Shown one piece after another: positions 18,828-28,969 of a DNA stretch of 64,000 nucleotides (positions are counted from its first letter, which is position 1; every line of letters begins with the position of its first letter). The stretch covers positions 3,111-67,110 of the forward strand of contig JAMOOB010000490.1 in assembly GCA_027066265.1 (NCBI GenBank). Reading direction: 5' to 3'. The notes under the pieces were generated by a model that was not told where the DNA came from, ran no database searches, and was given only the letters and a program-made list of their open reading frames with translations. This DNA comes from Desulfurococcales archaeon (GTDB taxonomy: Archaea; Thermoproteota; Thermoprotei_A; Sulfolobales; Ignisphaeraceae). A program made the translations under genes and the position numbers.

Positions 18828-19397
18828 CTACGTCATCTTGGGTGCTCCGGGCTTACCAGGTCCAACATGCTGTCCCTTAGGTGGTGTCACGATGATTGTT
18901 ACGTACTTGCTCCAGCTCGTCACGAACTTTGTGACCACAGCTGTGGACACATTTGTGATGCTTCTCGTGACCGTGGCTGTGGCTACATGCACTTTCGTGT
19001 ATGGGAAGATGTGGCTATAGATCCTGGTGTTCAGGAAGCATACTGTCCACAGGATGTACTCGGTTGCGACCGGTATCGTCTGGTACCTCGTTGCTACAAC
19101 TGTGTAGATATGCTTCGTAACGATTACCGAGACTATCCTCGTGACAACGACCTCTCTCTGCGGCTGCTTAGGCTGCGTAGAGGATGGGGGCGGTGTTCTT
19201 GGTTTGCTCTGCTCTCTCGGCTGTGTGGCTGGTGGTGTGGGAGGGACGATCCTTGGCTGCTCTGGCGCCTGTCTAGATACAGATGGTTGCTGGACAGCTA
19301 CTGTCTGGGGCTGCTTCTGGAGCTGCTGCGGCGTAATGTTGTACATCTGCATCAGCTTGCGTAGCGCTGGAGGTATCTGAAGGCTCGCCGACGTCAT
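18828..19397 (-). CDS. tetrad-repeat ([+]-x-[V/I]-[T/S]) family protein with P/Q-rich N-terminus
   Basis: 189-aa ORF with VVVTRIVSVIVTKHIYTVVATRY and STAVVTKFVTSWSKYVTIIVT. Confidence 0.55.
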   Translation of the reverse strand: MTSASLQIPPALRKLMQMYNITPQQLQKQPQTVAVQQPSVSRQAPEQPRIVPPTPPATQPREQSKPRTPPPSSTQPKQPQREVVVTRIVSVIVTKHIYTVVATRYQTIPVATEYILWTVCFLNTRIYSHIFPYTKVHVATATVTRSITNVSTAVVTKFVTSWSKYVTIIVTPPKGQHVGPGKPGAPKMT

Positions 19398-19407
19398 GCT
19401 TCCACCT

Positions 19408-19716
19408 CTATGCGTAGACTGTTACTGGAACGGTTATCTCTCTGGTCACCACCCTGGTCGTGTACGGCGTGATCCACCTCGTTACGAAGCTCGTCGCCAC
19501 GATGGTCTGGTAAACGGGTTTCCTGGTTAGGAACACCGTCGTTACGATGGCGCTCGCCGCGCTGAGGATCTTGCTCACGATCTTGCTGATCCTCCTGGTG
19601 ACGTACCTCGTGACATACCTCGTTCTGTGCCTGGTGACAACGCTGGTCACGGCGATGTTCGTCCAGCTGGCGATAGCGGTGCTGATCTGTATCCTCTGCA
19701 CAACGGTCTGTACCAC
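19408..19716 (-). CDS. tetrad-repeat family protein
   Basis: SVVTRHRTRYVTRYVTRRISKIVSKILS gives about 10 consecutive period-4 units. GTG start after GGGG. Confidence 0.5.
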   Translation of the reverse strand: MVQTVVQRIQISTAIASWTNIAVTSVVTRHRTRYVTRYVTRRISKIVSKILSAASAIVTTVFLTRKPVYQTIVATSFVTRWITPYTTRVVTREITVPVTVYA

Positions 19717-19764
19717 CCCTGTCCACCGCGGAGAAGGTGGTTGGGGTAGCTAATCTATGTAGCG

Positions 19765-19806
19765 AACAAGAGGAAGAAGAAAGAAAAAGAGGTTGGTAAA
19801 AGGGGT
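19765..19806 (-). terminator. pyrimidine/oligo-T terminator-like tract after the giant gene
   Basis: After TAA the minus strand reads ACCCCTTTTACCAACCTCTTTTTCTTTCTTCTTCC. Confidence 0.45.
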
Positions 19807-22800
19807 TTACCTGTTCGCGATCCGTATACCTATGCCGACGACTATGGCTAGCACCGACAGCGCGAGCCCGTAGGTGTTGCCCATCACGGCGCAGAGTATC
19901 GTGGCTACGAATCCCGCTAGAGCTATACCAAGACCGATGTCTCCGCTGAGCCTGGCGGCGGCTATCGCGAGCGCTATCATCGCGCCTCCGAGCACGATCA
20001 TGTCTATAGATAGCTGCGTTATCGGCGTAGGCGGAGGCGCTATGCTTGTGCTCGGCAACGTGATGTTCTCTCCCCTGCCGACCGTTGCTCGTAGCACGGG
20101 TGGGCTCGGCGCTGCGGCGACTATCGATATCTGCCTGGAGCTCGGGTTGACGACGACCATAGCCGTGAACCCGAGCGGCACGTCAAGCACGTACTCGTCC
20201 GACGACACCACCACTCCGCTAACGGACGTTCCGGCGATGGCGAAGTTGAGCGTCCATCCCCTGAAGCCCCTGAGCGTAATGCCCTTCGCCCCTCCGGGGT
20301 AGATCCTCAGCTCGCCGCTCGAGATATCGATGATCACCGGCCGCGATAGGGCTACGTACTTCACCAGCCCTCCGACCGGTACCGGACCGAGTATCGACAG
20401 CGATAGCGCTCCCTTCGCGAGCGCCTCGAACGCCCATCCAAGCGTTACACCGAACCTCTCGACCGCTACAGACGTGCTCGCATTGATGAACGGATAGGCG
20501 TAGCCGACCTCTATCGGCGACGAGGCTTCCACGATAGCCGTTCTGTACCTCGTGTACCTACCCTCGCTCCATACATACATCGCGAAGCAGCTCACCGAGC
20601 CGGTGGCGTTGTTGTAGTCGTAGCCGATAACAACGACGGCTGGCAGCGCAGCTGGCGCTATCGGTACGCTCTTCACCGTCCCGTTGATGTCGAGGAACAG
20701 CTCGGCGCTAGTAGAGACGTTGATTCCGCAGACCATGTACCCCGCCGCCTCGCTGTGTATCCAGCCAACAACGACACCCCTCGCGCCAGCGATGCTCGAT
20801 ACCGGGACTATGCTTGGCGCCGTAGACACCGTCTTGAGCCTGTCCAGGTAGAGCGGCGTGAAGAAGCCTCCGGTAACCGTACCGCCGCCAGCTATCTCCA
20901 CCATTACCTGCATAAAGCTCGTGCTGCCCGCGCTGAAGCTCATCAGCGGCTCTCCATCCGCGTAGAGCACGGCTGTTCCGTTCGGCAGGATGCTCATCAC
21001 AACGTATAGCCCTGGCTCGGTGTAGGTCCTGACCGCAGCTGTGGTGTTGCCCACGACAGCCACTACGCTATCGGTCGAGACGGTGTAGCTCCCGAGCACA
21101 ACACCGCCGCTGCTCTGGACGGCGACGGGCGTGAAGTTTCCGAACCATACCTCGATGGGCTCGTCGCCTACCCTAGGAACGATGATCCTGAGCCTCTCAA
21201 CACCGCTTAGGTAGATACCTAGAGACGTGGCGTTGCCGCTGAGCAGGTAGCTCACCCTATAGATCCTCTCCACCGCGGCTGTGCCGACGATCTTCGCTCT
21301 GCCGATCGGGTACTGCACGATCCTAGCCCAGTCGTAGAGAACGCTCTCGTGCAGCCCATACATATCGCTCGGCGTGACGTAGACACCTAGAGCGTATGTT
21401 CCCGCGAACGGTCCGTACACCGTGGCGCTGTAGACGAACTCCCGCGGCGTATCCTGGTAGATACCGCCCGGAACGTAGCTGCCGTTGCCGAGCAGAATCC
21501 TTATCCTGTTCGGCTTCTCGAACACCACCGTCAGCAGATACCACCCAGCGCTGTCCAGCGCGATGCTCGTGTTCACACACCTGCTGTCCGGTAGGTAGCA
21601 GAGCCACAGCCAGCTACCGTTGTTGTACACCACAGCCGTGATATTGGCGATCCCCTCTCCGTAGCTCAGCGAGATGTTGAGGATAGCGACAGCGAGCCTC
21701 TCGCCAGGCTCGTACCTGAACCTCACCTGAACAGCCGTATCGTTACTCGGCGACTCGTACGTAGCGTTAGCGTTGCTGTACCCGAAGTAGCTTCCCCAGA
21801 ACAGGTTCGGAACATGGGGGTTTTTGATTAGACCGAACACTGCCGGCATGTCTAGGAGCAGCGTCATAGGCATGCTCGTAGCTGCTGTTAGGTTCGTCTG
21901 CAGATCGTAGCTATCCCTAGCCTCAAGATCACCGATATCACCAACACTCGCCTCAACCGTGTCTATGGGTGGGTACGGTACGAGGACCTCGATATCGTAG
22001 GTCCCAGGAGGAATCCACACCTTGTAGTCCTCGCACAGACCAGCAGCGTTAGGCGTACACGTAACGAAGAACGAAGTCACAACCCTACCATGGCGATACA
22101 GCCTCACAATGCTTCCGTACGGGAAGAACCTTAGGTGTAGATAACCATCGTTATAGAGGTTCGGCACAACCCACAGCCACCTCTCCTCAGCTGGAACACG
22201 TTTGACATCGCCTCGCGGTATCGCTGCGTATCTGCTAGGTGATAGATCGATGTAGTGTGTTCCGTTGAAGAACGTTGGGTCTAGGAAGAGAACTAGGCTT
22301 GTTGGATCGAGCTTATGATTGTTGTAGAGGTCTGCTATGCTTGTTGGGTCGAGAGCTCTAGCATATATGATAGTGTACGCAATGTATCCCCTATATGGTG
22401 GATGTGGTGTGCGATAGGGTGTCCATCCTATCCATAATGGGTTTCCATTGCTGAATCTCCTCCCTGTTCCGATGTCTACTGTTGTTTCAAGTGATGTGTC
22501 TACATATATGTTGAGGGTTGTGCCCGAGACAGTGAATGCTACAAACCTCCATGTGAGATCCTGGTATGTGGTCTGCGTAGGGTGATAGCCCGGGTTCTCT
22601 GCGCCACCAAGATAGATAGCCGCTAGCTTACCCTTATAGTTTACTCGAACCCATAACGGATCACCACCAAACTGACCCATTATCACGGATGCGATTGGTG
22701 TTTCAACAGGGCTGAACATTAGCGCTATAGCGAAATCTGAGGATGGATCAACACTATTGAATGCACCAACATCGATATAATCATCTTCACCATCGAAGTA

Positions 22801-25800
22801 CCAGTCGTATAGGTGTGGAGCAATGGCATAGTTGTTCGCTAGGTATACGCTTCTTGCTCTGATGATCTGGTAGCTGTGTGGCGCTATGATCGCTACGATC
22901 CTGTATGTTCCGGCGGGCAGCTTCACGGTGTAGTCCTCGACAAGTCCAGCCGCATTCGTTGCATTAGCAACAACAGCCTCCTTCACGAGCTCTCCAGATG
23001 AAGCATCGTAGAACCTCACCACGGTTCCGAGCGGGAAGAACCTTAGGTGAACAAGGTTATCGCTGGAAGCGTTGTAGATGATCCACAGCCACCTCTCTTC
23101 TGCAGGAATCCTCTTAACATTACCATATGGTACACCATCGTTGTGGTGTTGTGATAGATCGATGTAGTGCGTTCCGTTGAAGAACGTTGGGTCTAGGAAC
23201 AGCGCTAGGTCTGATGCGTTTGCAGTATACACGCTGTTAATCTCGGTCTCGGTAAGAGCTCTGTTGAAGATTCTGACGAAGGCTATGAATCCATGACTAT
23301 ACCATCCACTTCTCCGCGAACCGATGAAGAGCGGGTTTCCAACGGGTAGCTTCGTCTCAATGTCAAGCGTTCTCGTACCGACATACGTAGAATCTACATA
23401 GACATCGAAGCGATCGACGAAGTAATTCACGGCTATGTATGTCCACCTACCGCTATGCTCATTCATAGAAACGGACATTTCCCCGTATGTATCACCGTTT
23501 CCAGTACCAATAACAATCGCATTCACATAAGCATGGGTCAAAAGCCAGAACCCCTTATTAGCATCGCGATCCCAGCTTACGATACCGCACCAGGGTTGTT
23601 GAAACGTATCGTATTTCACAAGCACTTCAACAGCGAAAGGAAGCGTAGTGATGGTGCTGAACGAAGGTACACTGACACGACTATTAACACCATCGAAGTA
23701 CCAGTCGTATAGGTGTGGTGCTATCGTGGTGTTTGGTTCTATGGCTGCTGTTGTCTCTATGGTTATGTTTGTTGGTAGGGGCATCACGGTGTAGTACGGC
23801 GTTGTTCTCTCGACGAGCTTTAGGAATGGCTGTATGTTGCCTATGTCCACAGCTGTGGCTAGATCGTATGGAACAGCAGCTGTGTATCTACCCGGTACGT
23901 ACCAGCCTATCGACAGATCAGCAGAGACGTACTCCCACCAGACGATCCCTCCGCTGCTCGTTCTCCACGTAGTGTCCTTCTCGCCCAGCTGACCGCTGTA
24001 TACAATGATCTGCGGCATAGATGGGTACTGACCGAATGGCGGGCCATTCACGTTGGAGCCGACGCTGGTGACGGGCGCTTCAACGACCACTGTATAGACA
24101 TCCTCTGGGAGCTGTATAGGCACATCGAGCTCCTCTACGAGACCGGCGGGGTTGGTGAAGCCGACAACCCTTATCCACGCAACTAGTGTTCCGCTCGAAG
24201 CGTTGTATATCTTAACAACGCTTCCGTATGGGAAGAACCTTAGGTGCAGATAGCTATCGCTGTAGAGACCGTATATCGTCCATAGCCACCTATCTTCGTC
24301 TAGAACCCTTACGACCGTACCGCGTATATTACCGACGAAATGTCTGGTGAGGTCTAGGTAGTGCGTACCGTTATAGAACGTCGGGTCGAAGAACAGGATA
24401 ACACTTCTGCTCACCGCATCTGGTATAGTATGGCTCTCGATGATCTCCCTAACGGTGTTGGCATCCAAAACAGTGTTGTTGACAAAGAGCAGGTATCTCC
24501 ATATGCTTGGATCCTGGTATCTAGTGGGTATCCAAGCATTATCCCAGTCAACATCAAAACCAATCTCTATGTAGTAGAAGAATACAAACCTTGTATATCC
24601 AGCATCCAACAAAGACACGTTGTCGATCTCGTTATTATCGATGTAGTACGTAATAGCGTTATCATAGTCATAGGCGAGAGCAAACTCGTTAGCTGGTGTA
24701 GAAGCCCATGGAAAGGCATAGATTTTGTCAGTGTATGGATCTCTTCCTGCAGCAGATCTGTATCCATACGGGTACACATCAATAACAAAGTAGCCATACC
24801 TTGCAGCAGTACGCATAAGGAATACACACCGGCTATCTGATGACATTGGGTATACGGATACTATCATTGTGAACGATTTTGCATAGACAGCTGGAGTAAA
24901 CTCAACTCTATTTGCATCAATATGCGGTGTATGTGCGTACGGAGGTACGTAGAGCTTGTATATGTGTGGCACTATCGTTGTTCCTGGTTTGAGTGTTGCG
25001 TTCTGTGTGATTGTTACCCACTGTGTTGTTGGTTTCCATGAGGTGTCTGGCTGTATCCTGTAGACCTCTATGGATGTGGGTGACTCGAAGCTCGCTGTCT
25101 TTTCCACAGCTGTGGGCTCTACCCTGTAGCTCGTATACGGGTTGTCCTGCCCGTAGAGCATGTAGATTGTCTTGGTCTGTCCCGCTCCTATCGATATGTA
25201 GACGGCTGCGTCGAGCACCCTCTCTGTCTTGGATAGGTAGAGGACGCTGTAGTTCAGCGGCTGTAGTGTTGCTGCGTCCAGGAAGTAGATGTCTGTACCG
25301 TCCTTGATGCTGCTCCAGTCGGCGAAGTTGGTGTTGTCTAGGTGGATATGTACCCAGCCGGTGTAGTCTACGGGGCTGTACAGCGTGATCGCTAGACCTG
25401 TTCTCGCTCCTCTCAGCAGCCAGATCGCTACGACTCTAGGCTCGTAGCTAGTGTTGAAGATCGCGAGGCTCCCCGCATCTAGCTGGAGCTGGCTCTGCGC
25501 AACCGTGTACCTGCCGTATATCGTCCAGTACCCGGTCTCGTAGTCGAAGTCGTCGTAGGCTGCGAACAGCGGTGAGGTCGATGGTGTCGCTACGTACTCC
25601 GGGTACGGGTTGGTGCCCCCGTAGAACACGTTGTATATCTTCTGACCGGCTGCACCCTCCACCCACAGCACGAAGGGTGGGTAGCTGGAGAACAGGTAGC
25701 TGTAGTACGGCTGACCCTGCTGATCAACCACGTAGGTGTTGAGGTAGCTGAGCAGGTTGGGGTCGGAGACGTTGAGCGGAGCTCCGTAGATCGCTAGCTG

Positions 25801-25989
25801 ACCGAAGAACTGGCTGGATACCCACGTCGCTACGCTGTTGTACTCTATACCGCCCGCAGCGCAGACGATAACCGCTGCCACAGCTGGGATCAGCAGGAGC
25901 AGTACGGCGGCTAGCCTCGCGAGGGATCCGAGGATCCTCCTCTCGGCTGGAGACAGAACGAGCTCTAGCCTGATACCCACGCTCGCCAC
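19807..25989 (-). CDS. giant membrane-anchored surface protein with LamG (concanavalin A-like lectin) repeats
   Basis: 2060 aa with N-terminal signal/anchor and C-terminal TM segments. Three super-repeats (APHLYDWYFDG...F.G.IA.VRI.NRAL...EI plus FLDPTFFNGTHYIDLS...ERWLW...LHLRFFP). Many N-x-S/T sequons. Confidence 0.85.
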   Translation of the reverse strand: MASVGIRLELVLSPAERRILGSLARLAAVLLLLIPAVAAVIVCAAGGIEYNSVATWVSSQFFGQLAIYGAPLNVSDPNLLSYLNTYVVDQQGQPYYSYLFSSYPPFVLWVEGAAGQKIYNVFYGGTNPYPEYVATPSTSPLFAAYDDFDYETGYWTIYGRYTVAQSQLQLDAGSLAIFNTSYEPRVVAIWLLRGARTGLAITLYSPVDYTGWVHIHLDNTNFADWSSIKDGTDIYFLDAATLQPLNYSVLYLSKTERVLDAAVYISIGAGQTKTIYMLYGQDNPYTSYRVEPTAVEKTASFESPTSIEVYRIQPDTSWKPTTQWVTITQNATLKPGTTIVPHIYKLYVPPYAHTPHIDANRVEFTPAVYAKSFTMIVSVYPMSSDSRCVFLMRTAARYGYFVIDVYPYGYRSAAGRDPYTDKIYAFPWASTPANEFALAYDYDNAITYYIDNNEIDNVSLLDAGYTRFVFFYYIEIGFDVDWDNAWIPTRYQDPSIWRYLLFVNNTVLDANTVREIIESHTIPDAVSRSVILFFDPTFYNGTHYLDLTRHFVGNIRGTVVRVLDEDRWLWTIYGLYSDSYLHLRFFPYGSVVKIYNASSGTLVAWIRVVGFTNPAGLVEELDVPIQLPEDVYTVVVEAPVTSVGSNVNGPPFGQYPSMPQIIVYSGQLGEKDTTWRTSSGGIVWWEYVSADLSIGWYVPGRYTAAVPYDLATAVDIGNIQPFLKLVERTTPYYTVMPLPTNITIETTAAIEPNTTIAPHLYDWYFDGVNSRVSVPSFSTITTLPFAVEVLVKYDTFQQPWCGIVSWDRDANKGFWLLTHAYVNAIVIGTGNGDTYGEMSVSMNEHSGRWTYIAVNYFVDRFDVYVDSTYVGTRTLDIETKLPVGNPLFIGSRRSGWYSHGFIAFVRIFNRALTETEINSVYTANASDLALFLDPTFFNGTHYIDLSQHHNDGVPYGNVKRIPAEERWLWIIYNASSDNLVHLRFFPLGTVVRFYDASSGELVKEAVVANATNAAGLVEDYTVKLPAGTYRIVAIIAPHSYQIIRARSVYLANNYAIAPHLYDWYFDGEDDYIDVGAFNSVDPSSDFAIALMFSPVETPIASVIMGQFGGDPLWVRVNYKGKLAAIYLGGAENPGYHPTQTTYQDLTWRFVAFTVSGTTLNIYVDTSLETTVDIGTGRRFSNGNPLWIGWTPYRTPHPPYRGYIAYTIIYARALDPTSIADLYNNHKLDPTSLVLFLDPTFFNGTHYIDLSPSRYAAIPRGDVKRVPAEERWLWVVPNLYNDGYLHLRFFPYGSIVRLYRHGRVVTSFFVTCTPNAAGLCEDYKVWIPPGTYDIEVLVPYPPIDTVEASVGDIGDLEARDSYDLQTNLTAATSMPMTLLLDMPAVFGLIKNPHVPNLFWGSYFGYSNANATYESPSNDTAVQVRFRYEPGERLAVAILNISLSYGEGIANITAVVYNNGSWLWLCYLPDSRCVNTSIALDSAGWYLLTVVFEKPNRIRILLGNGSYVPGGIYQDTPREFVYSATVYGPFAGTYALGVYVTPSDMYGLHESVLYDWARIVQYPIGRAKIVGTAAVERIYRVSYLLSGNATSLGIYLSGVERLRIIVPRVGDEPIEVWFGNFTPVAVQSSGGVVLGSYTVSTDSVVAVVGNTTAAVRTYTEPGLYVVMSILPNGTAVLYADGEPLMSFSAGSTSFMQVMVEIAGGGTVTGGFFTPLYLDRLKTVSTAPSIVPVSSIAGARGVVVGWIHSEAAGYMVCGINVSTSAELFLDINGTVKSVPIAPAALPAVVVIGYDYNNATGSVSCFAMYVWSEGRYTRYRTAIVEASSPIEVGYAYPFINASTSVAVERFGVTLGWAFEALAKGALSLSILGPVPVGGLVKYVALSRPVIIDISSGELRIYPGGAKGITLRGFRGWTLNFAIAGTSVSGVVVSSDEYVLDVPLGFTAMVVVNPSSRQISIVAAAPSPPVLRATVGRGENITLPSTSIAPPPTPITQLSIDMIVLGGAMIALAIAAARLSGDIGLGIALAGFVATILCAVMGNTYGLALSVLAIVVGIGIRIANR

Positions 25990-26051
25990 CGCGAAGCATG
26001 GATATGTATTTAGCTTATAGCTGTTGCTAGAATCAGCATCTCCGGGGGCGC

Positions 26052-26294
26052 ATGCGTATACTCGTCCTCCTGCTCGTGCTGGTGCTGCTGCTTGTTGTTG
26101 GCTACGCTCTGGATCTCCTCGATACCAGCTTCACCGGCGTTGAGGAGAGGCTGAGGGAGGTGGGCATAACGCCTCTTCCCAGCGGCGGTGAGGAGGAGCT
26201 GTGTGTGGATATGGTAGCCACCGCTATTGTTATAGGCGTGGTCGCGATGATGTTCATCATCGTTGCGACGAGTATAAGGTATAGAAGACCCTAG
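26052..26294 (+). CDS. small two-TM membrane protein
   Basis: 80-aa ORF with hydrophobic N- and C-terminal segments, first of three co-directional small genes. Confidence 0.45.
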   Translation: MRILVLLLVLVLLLVVGYALDLLDTSFTGVEERLREVGITPLPSGGEEELCVDMVATAIVIGVVAMMFIIVATSIRYRRP

Positions 26295-26315
26295 CACTAG
26301 CATCGGTGGACAGAT

Positions 26316-26564
26316 ATGCTCAGGATGCTGCTCGTCGGTCTCGTGATATTCCTCTTCCTGGTGATTGTGCTCGTAGCCGCGGACGTCATCCTGGCTGCTC
26401 TCAGGCTAGGTAATGCCGAGGCTGCTGCGGCGCTGAACGTAACGCCGTCCACGAGGTTCAGCAGCATCATCGAGGCTAGGGTATCTACCGTGAGCTGGGT
26501 GGCGAGCTTCATCATAGCGGCGGCGATGCTTGTATACGGTCTCTACTCCAGGAGAAGGACATAG
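26316..26564 (+). CDS. small two-TM membrane protein
   Basis: 82-aa ORF with the same architecture as 26052..26294 and 428..694. Confidence 0.45.
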   Translation: MLRMLLVGLVIFLFLVIVLVAADVILAALRLGNAEAAAALNVTPSTRFSSIIEARVSTVSWVASFIIAAAMLVYGLYSRRRT

Positions 26565-26573
26565 GGTGAGAGG

Positions 26574-26834
26574 ATGAGCGAGCTCATAGCCGCTCTCGCG
26601 GAGGTCCTAGCTCGTAGGAAGGGCATGAGGTGGAGGAGAAGAGGAGCGAGATGGGTAAACCCGCTGCAGGTGAAGAGGGTTCTGATCGATGGGCAGGAGC
26701 TCCTCGTGAGGGAGGTGCTCCAGATAACGCCCGACGAGATAGTCGTTGTCGATCTGGATGGAACGGTAAAAACGATCCCTAGGAGGAGAGCAGAGAAGAG
26801 CCTTCCGCTCACCTCCTTGCCGCAGCAGCCATAA
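26574..26834 (+). CDS. small hypothetical protein, paralog of 72..371
   Basis: 86-aa ORF with a conserved VVDLDG core shared with 72..371. Confidence 0.55.
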   Translation: MSELIAALAEVLARRKGMRWRRRGARWVNPLQVKRVLIDGQELLVREVLQITPDEIVVVDLDGTVKTIPRRRAEKSLPLTSLPQQP

Positions 26835-27657
26835 CCGCCCTAAGCCTCTGCTCAACGAACCTCTGCGCCTCTGACCTCGGCTTCTCCCTGCCTACACCCT
26901 TCGTAACCTCTATGCTCTTCCTAGCCACCTCCGAGACCACAGCTGCGGGCATAGGCGCCTTCGCCCCTCTTCCCATAGCCCTCAGGATCTCTATGGTTCT
27001 CCTCACCGCTACCGAGGGTCTACCTATGTTCTCCGCGATGGTCTGGAGAACCTGTCTAGCGGTTCTAGCCTCGGCGCTACCTCCGAGGCTCTGCGAGACC
27101 TCGCGAACGAGCTCTCTGGCTGCTCTGGGCTCGATAGCCGCTATCCTGCCTAGGATCTGCCTAACCTCCTCGACAGCCCGCTTCACGTTCTCTATCTTTG
27201 CGCTGCTGCCCCTCCTAACCAGCTCGATGAGCCTCCTCCTAACCTCCTCGACGGCTCTCCTGATATCTATCCTAACCTCCCTGTACCCGAGCTCCCTCTT
27301 CACCTCCTCCGGAAGGAACTGCGCGACCGCGTCTAGCAGCTTCCTCAGCTCGCTTGGCATAGGCATCGTAGGCTTGGGCATCTCGACACCTATCAGCTTG
27401 CCCAGCAGGTAGAGGCACCACCTCGTATGTATAGGCGTAAGCCTGCACACAGCGATAGCGTCGCCCAGAGCAGCTCTCAGCGACGGTGGTAGGAGCTGCA
27501 GCAGCTGAGACAGCTCATCCCTAGCAACCTCCCCAACCCTCTTCTCGAGCTTGGGTACAGCAGCAACAAGCCTAAGCGAAGGATTGCTAGAGCTACCCCT
27601 AGCAGCGCTAGCAACAAGCTCCTTCAACCTATTCGCAAGCTGAGCCAAGCTAGACAT
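26809..27657 (-). CDS. hypothetical helical protein
   Basis: 282-aa ORF, A/R/L/E-rich. GGGGTAGAA-ATG context. Confidence 0.6.
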   Translation of the reverse strand: MSSLAQLANRLKELVASAARGSSSNPSLRLVAAVPKLEKRVGEVARDELSQLLQLLPPSLRAALGDAIAVCRLTPIHTRWCLYLLGKLIGVEMPKPTMPMPSELRKLLDAVAQFLPEEVKRELGYREVRIDIRRAVEEVRRRLIELVRRGSSAKIENVKRAVEEVRQILGRIAAIEPRAARELVREVSQSLGGSAEARTARQVLQTIAENIGRPSVAVRRTIEILRAMGRGAKAPMPAAVVSEVARKSIEVTKGVGREKPRSEAQRFVEQRLRAVMAAAARR

Positions 27658-27742
27658 GTTCTACCCCAAGACAAGAGAAGGAAAAACAAGTTTTTAGAGG
27701 TAGCGCATACCAAGCCCACAGCCGTGGAAAAGGGGGATGGGG

Positions 27743-28186
27743 CTAGACGTAGATGAAGATTCTTCTTCCGTCTCCTGTGACAAAGACCATGAGGCGGTTT
27801 GTATAGGTATCTATTTTGCTCTCCACGATGTTGCCATACGAAGCACCTCCCTGTGTTATGCTTGCTAGCTGTATCGTTCCTCTATCTGCTGATGCACCGA
27901 TGTGGACAAGGTCAAATGTGCCGAGGCTTGCAACGGGGTGTTCTCTGTTCTTACTGTAGAGGAAGACTCCTAGGATACCAGACGAGACGACTACGTATGT
28001 TGGGTTAGGGAAGCTACATCTGACTCTAACACCGTAGTGTACGTCTTCAACACTAGGTTTTCCACCTAGATCTCTACAGAACCTAGCAACCTCTCTAGCG
28101 ATCCTACTAGCCTTGCTCTCGCTTCCAAAACTCTTTACATCCAAGCTTCGAGCCATACCAAGCACCAGCATCCTAACCGCATACAT
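27743..28186 (-). CDS. hypothetical protein
   Basis: Trimmed from the 196-aa ORF. GTATAAAT box lies just upstream, so ATG 28186 or 28171 is likely (near-leaderless). Confidence 0.5.
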   Translation of the reverse strand: MYAVRMLVLGMARSLDVKSFGSESKASRIAREVARFCRDLGGKPSVEDVHYGVRVRCSFPNPTYVVVSSGILGVFLYSKNREHPVASLGTFDLVHIGASADRGTIQLASITQGGASYGNIVESKIDTYTNRLMVFVTGDGRRIFIYV

Positions 28187-28248
28187 AGCATTTATACATA
28201 TCGCTCCTATACTACCCGAAGAAACGTAGCTACAGCTGTGGAAATGGC

Positions 28249-28899
28249 TTACTCTACATGGGCAAGCTTGATGTACTCCTCCATCTTTGGTACGCTGATC
28301 GCGTAGGCTCTTATTATCCCCGGCAGCATCCACCCTGGACCGATGGCCTCGCTGAACGTGCCTCCAAGCGCGTAGTGTAGGTACAGCACTAGGCGCTTGA
28401 ACGTCTCTTCATCTATCCTGTCCCTCACCTTCTCCCACAGGTAGTCGAGCGTATTGTTGTTGCCCTCGACGATGATCTTCAGCAGGTCGTACGGTGAGAG
28501 CCCAACCCTCCTCCTGTACAGCAGGTGCATGAAGTGGTGCACGTTGTCCGCTTTCCTAAGGAGGTCGAGCACGTCGGGGATTATCAGCAGGAAGACGGGT
28601 CTTGGCTCGTCCATGCCCATGTTGTAGAACCTGTCGAAGCTCACGGCGTTTGTGAGGTCTCGCAGCTGCGGTACGTCTATGTCTAGGTACCTCCCGTTGA
28701 TGAGCTCGTTGAGTATAGCCCTCTTAGCGGGCTCGAGCTGCTGCCACAGCTCCTCGGTGTACCTCCTGAGGGCTATATACGTGGGGAACGGCACGAGCCT
28801 CTCGATGGTTGCTCTATCGAGTGCACCGAGCCTGCTTCTGAGCAGCTCGAGAACCTTCCGAACATGGGTAGGAACCTCGTTAGACACCTTAGTGGGCAT
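28249..28899 (-). CDS. hypothetical protein
   Basis: 216-aa ORF of normal composition. Confidence 0.6.
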   Translation of the reverse strand: MPTKVSNEVPTHVRKVLELLRSRLGALDRATIERLVPFPTYIALRRYTEELWQQLEPAKRAILNELINGRYLDIDVPQLRDLTNAVSFDRFYNMGMDEPRPVFLLIIPDVLDLLRKADNVHHFMHLLYRRRVGLSPYDLLKIIVEGNNNTLDYLWEKVRDRIDEETFKRLVLYLHYALGGTFSEAIGPGWMLPGIIRAYAISVPKMEEYIKLAHVE

Positions 28900-28969
28900 A
28901 CCACCTCCCCTCGCGTGCTAGTCATGGAGAGAATATGTGTGTATCGGGATAGAGAAGCGGAAAAACGGT

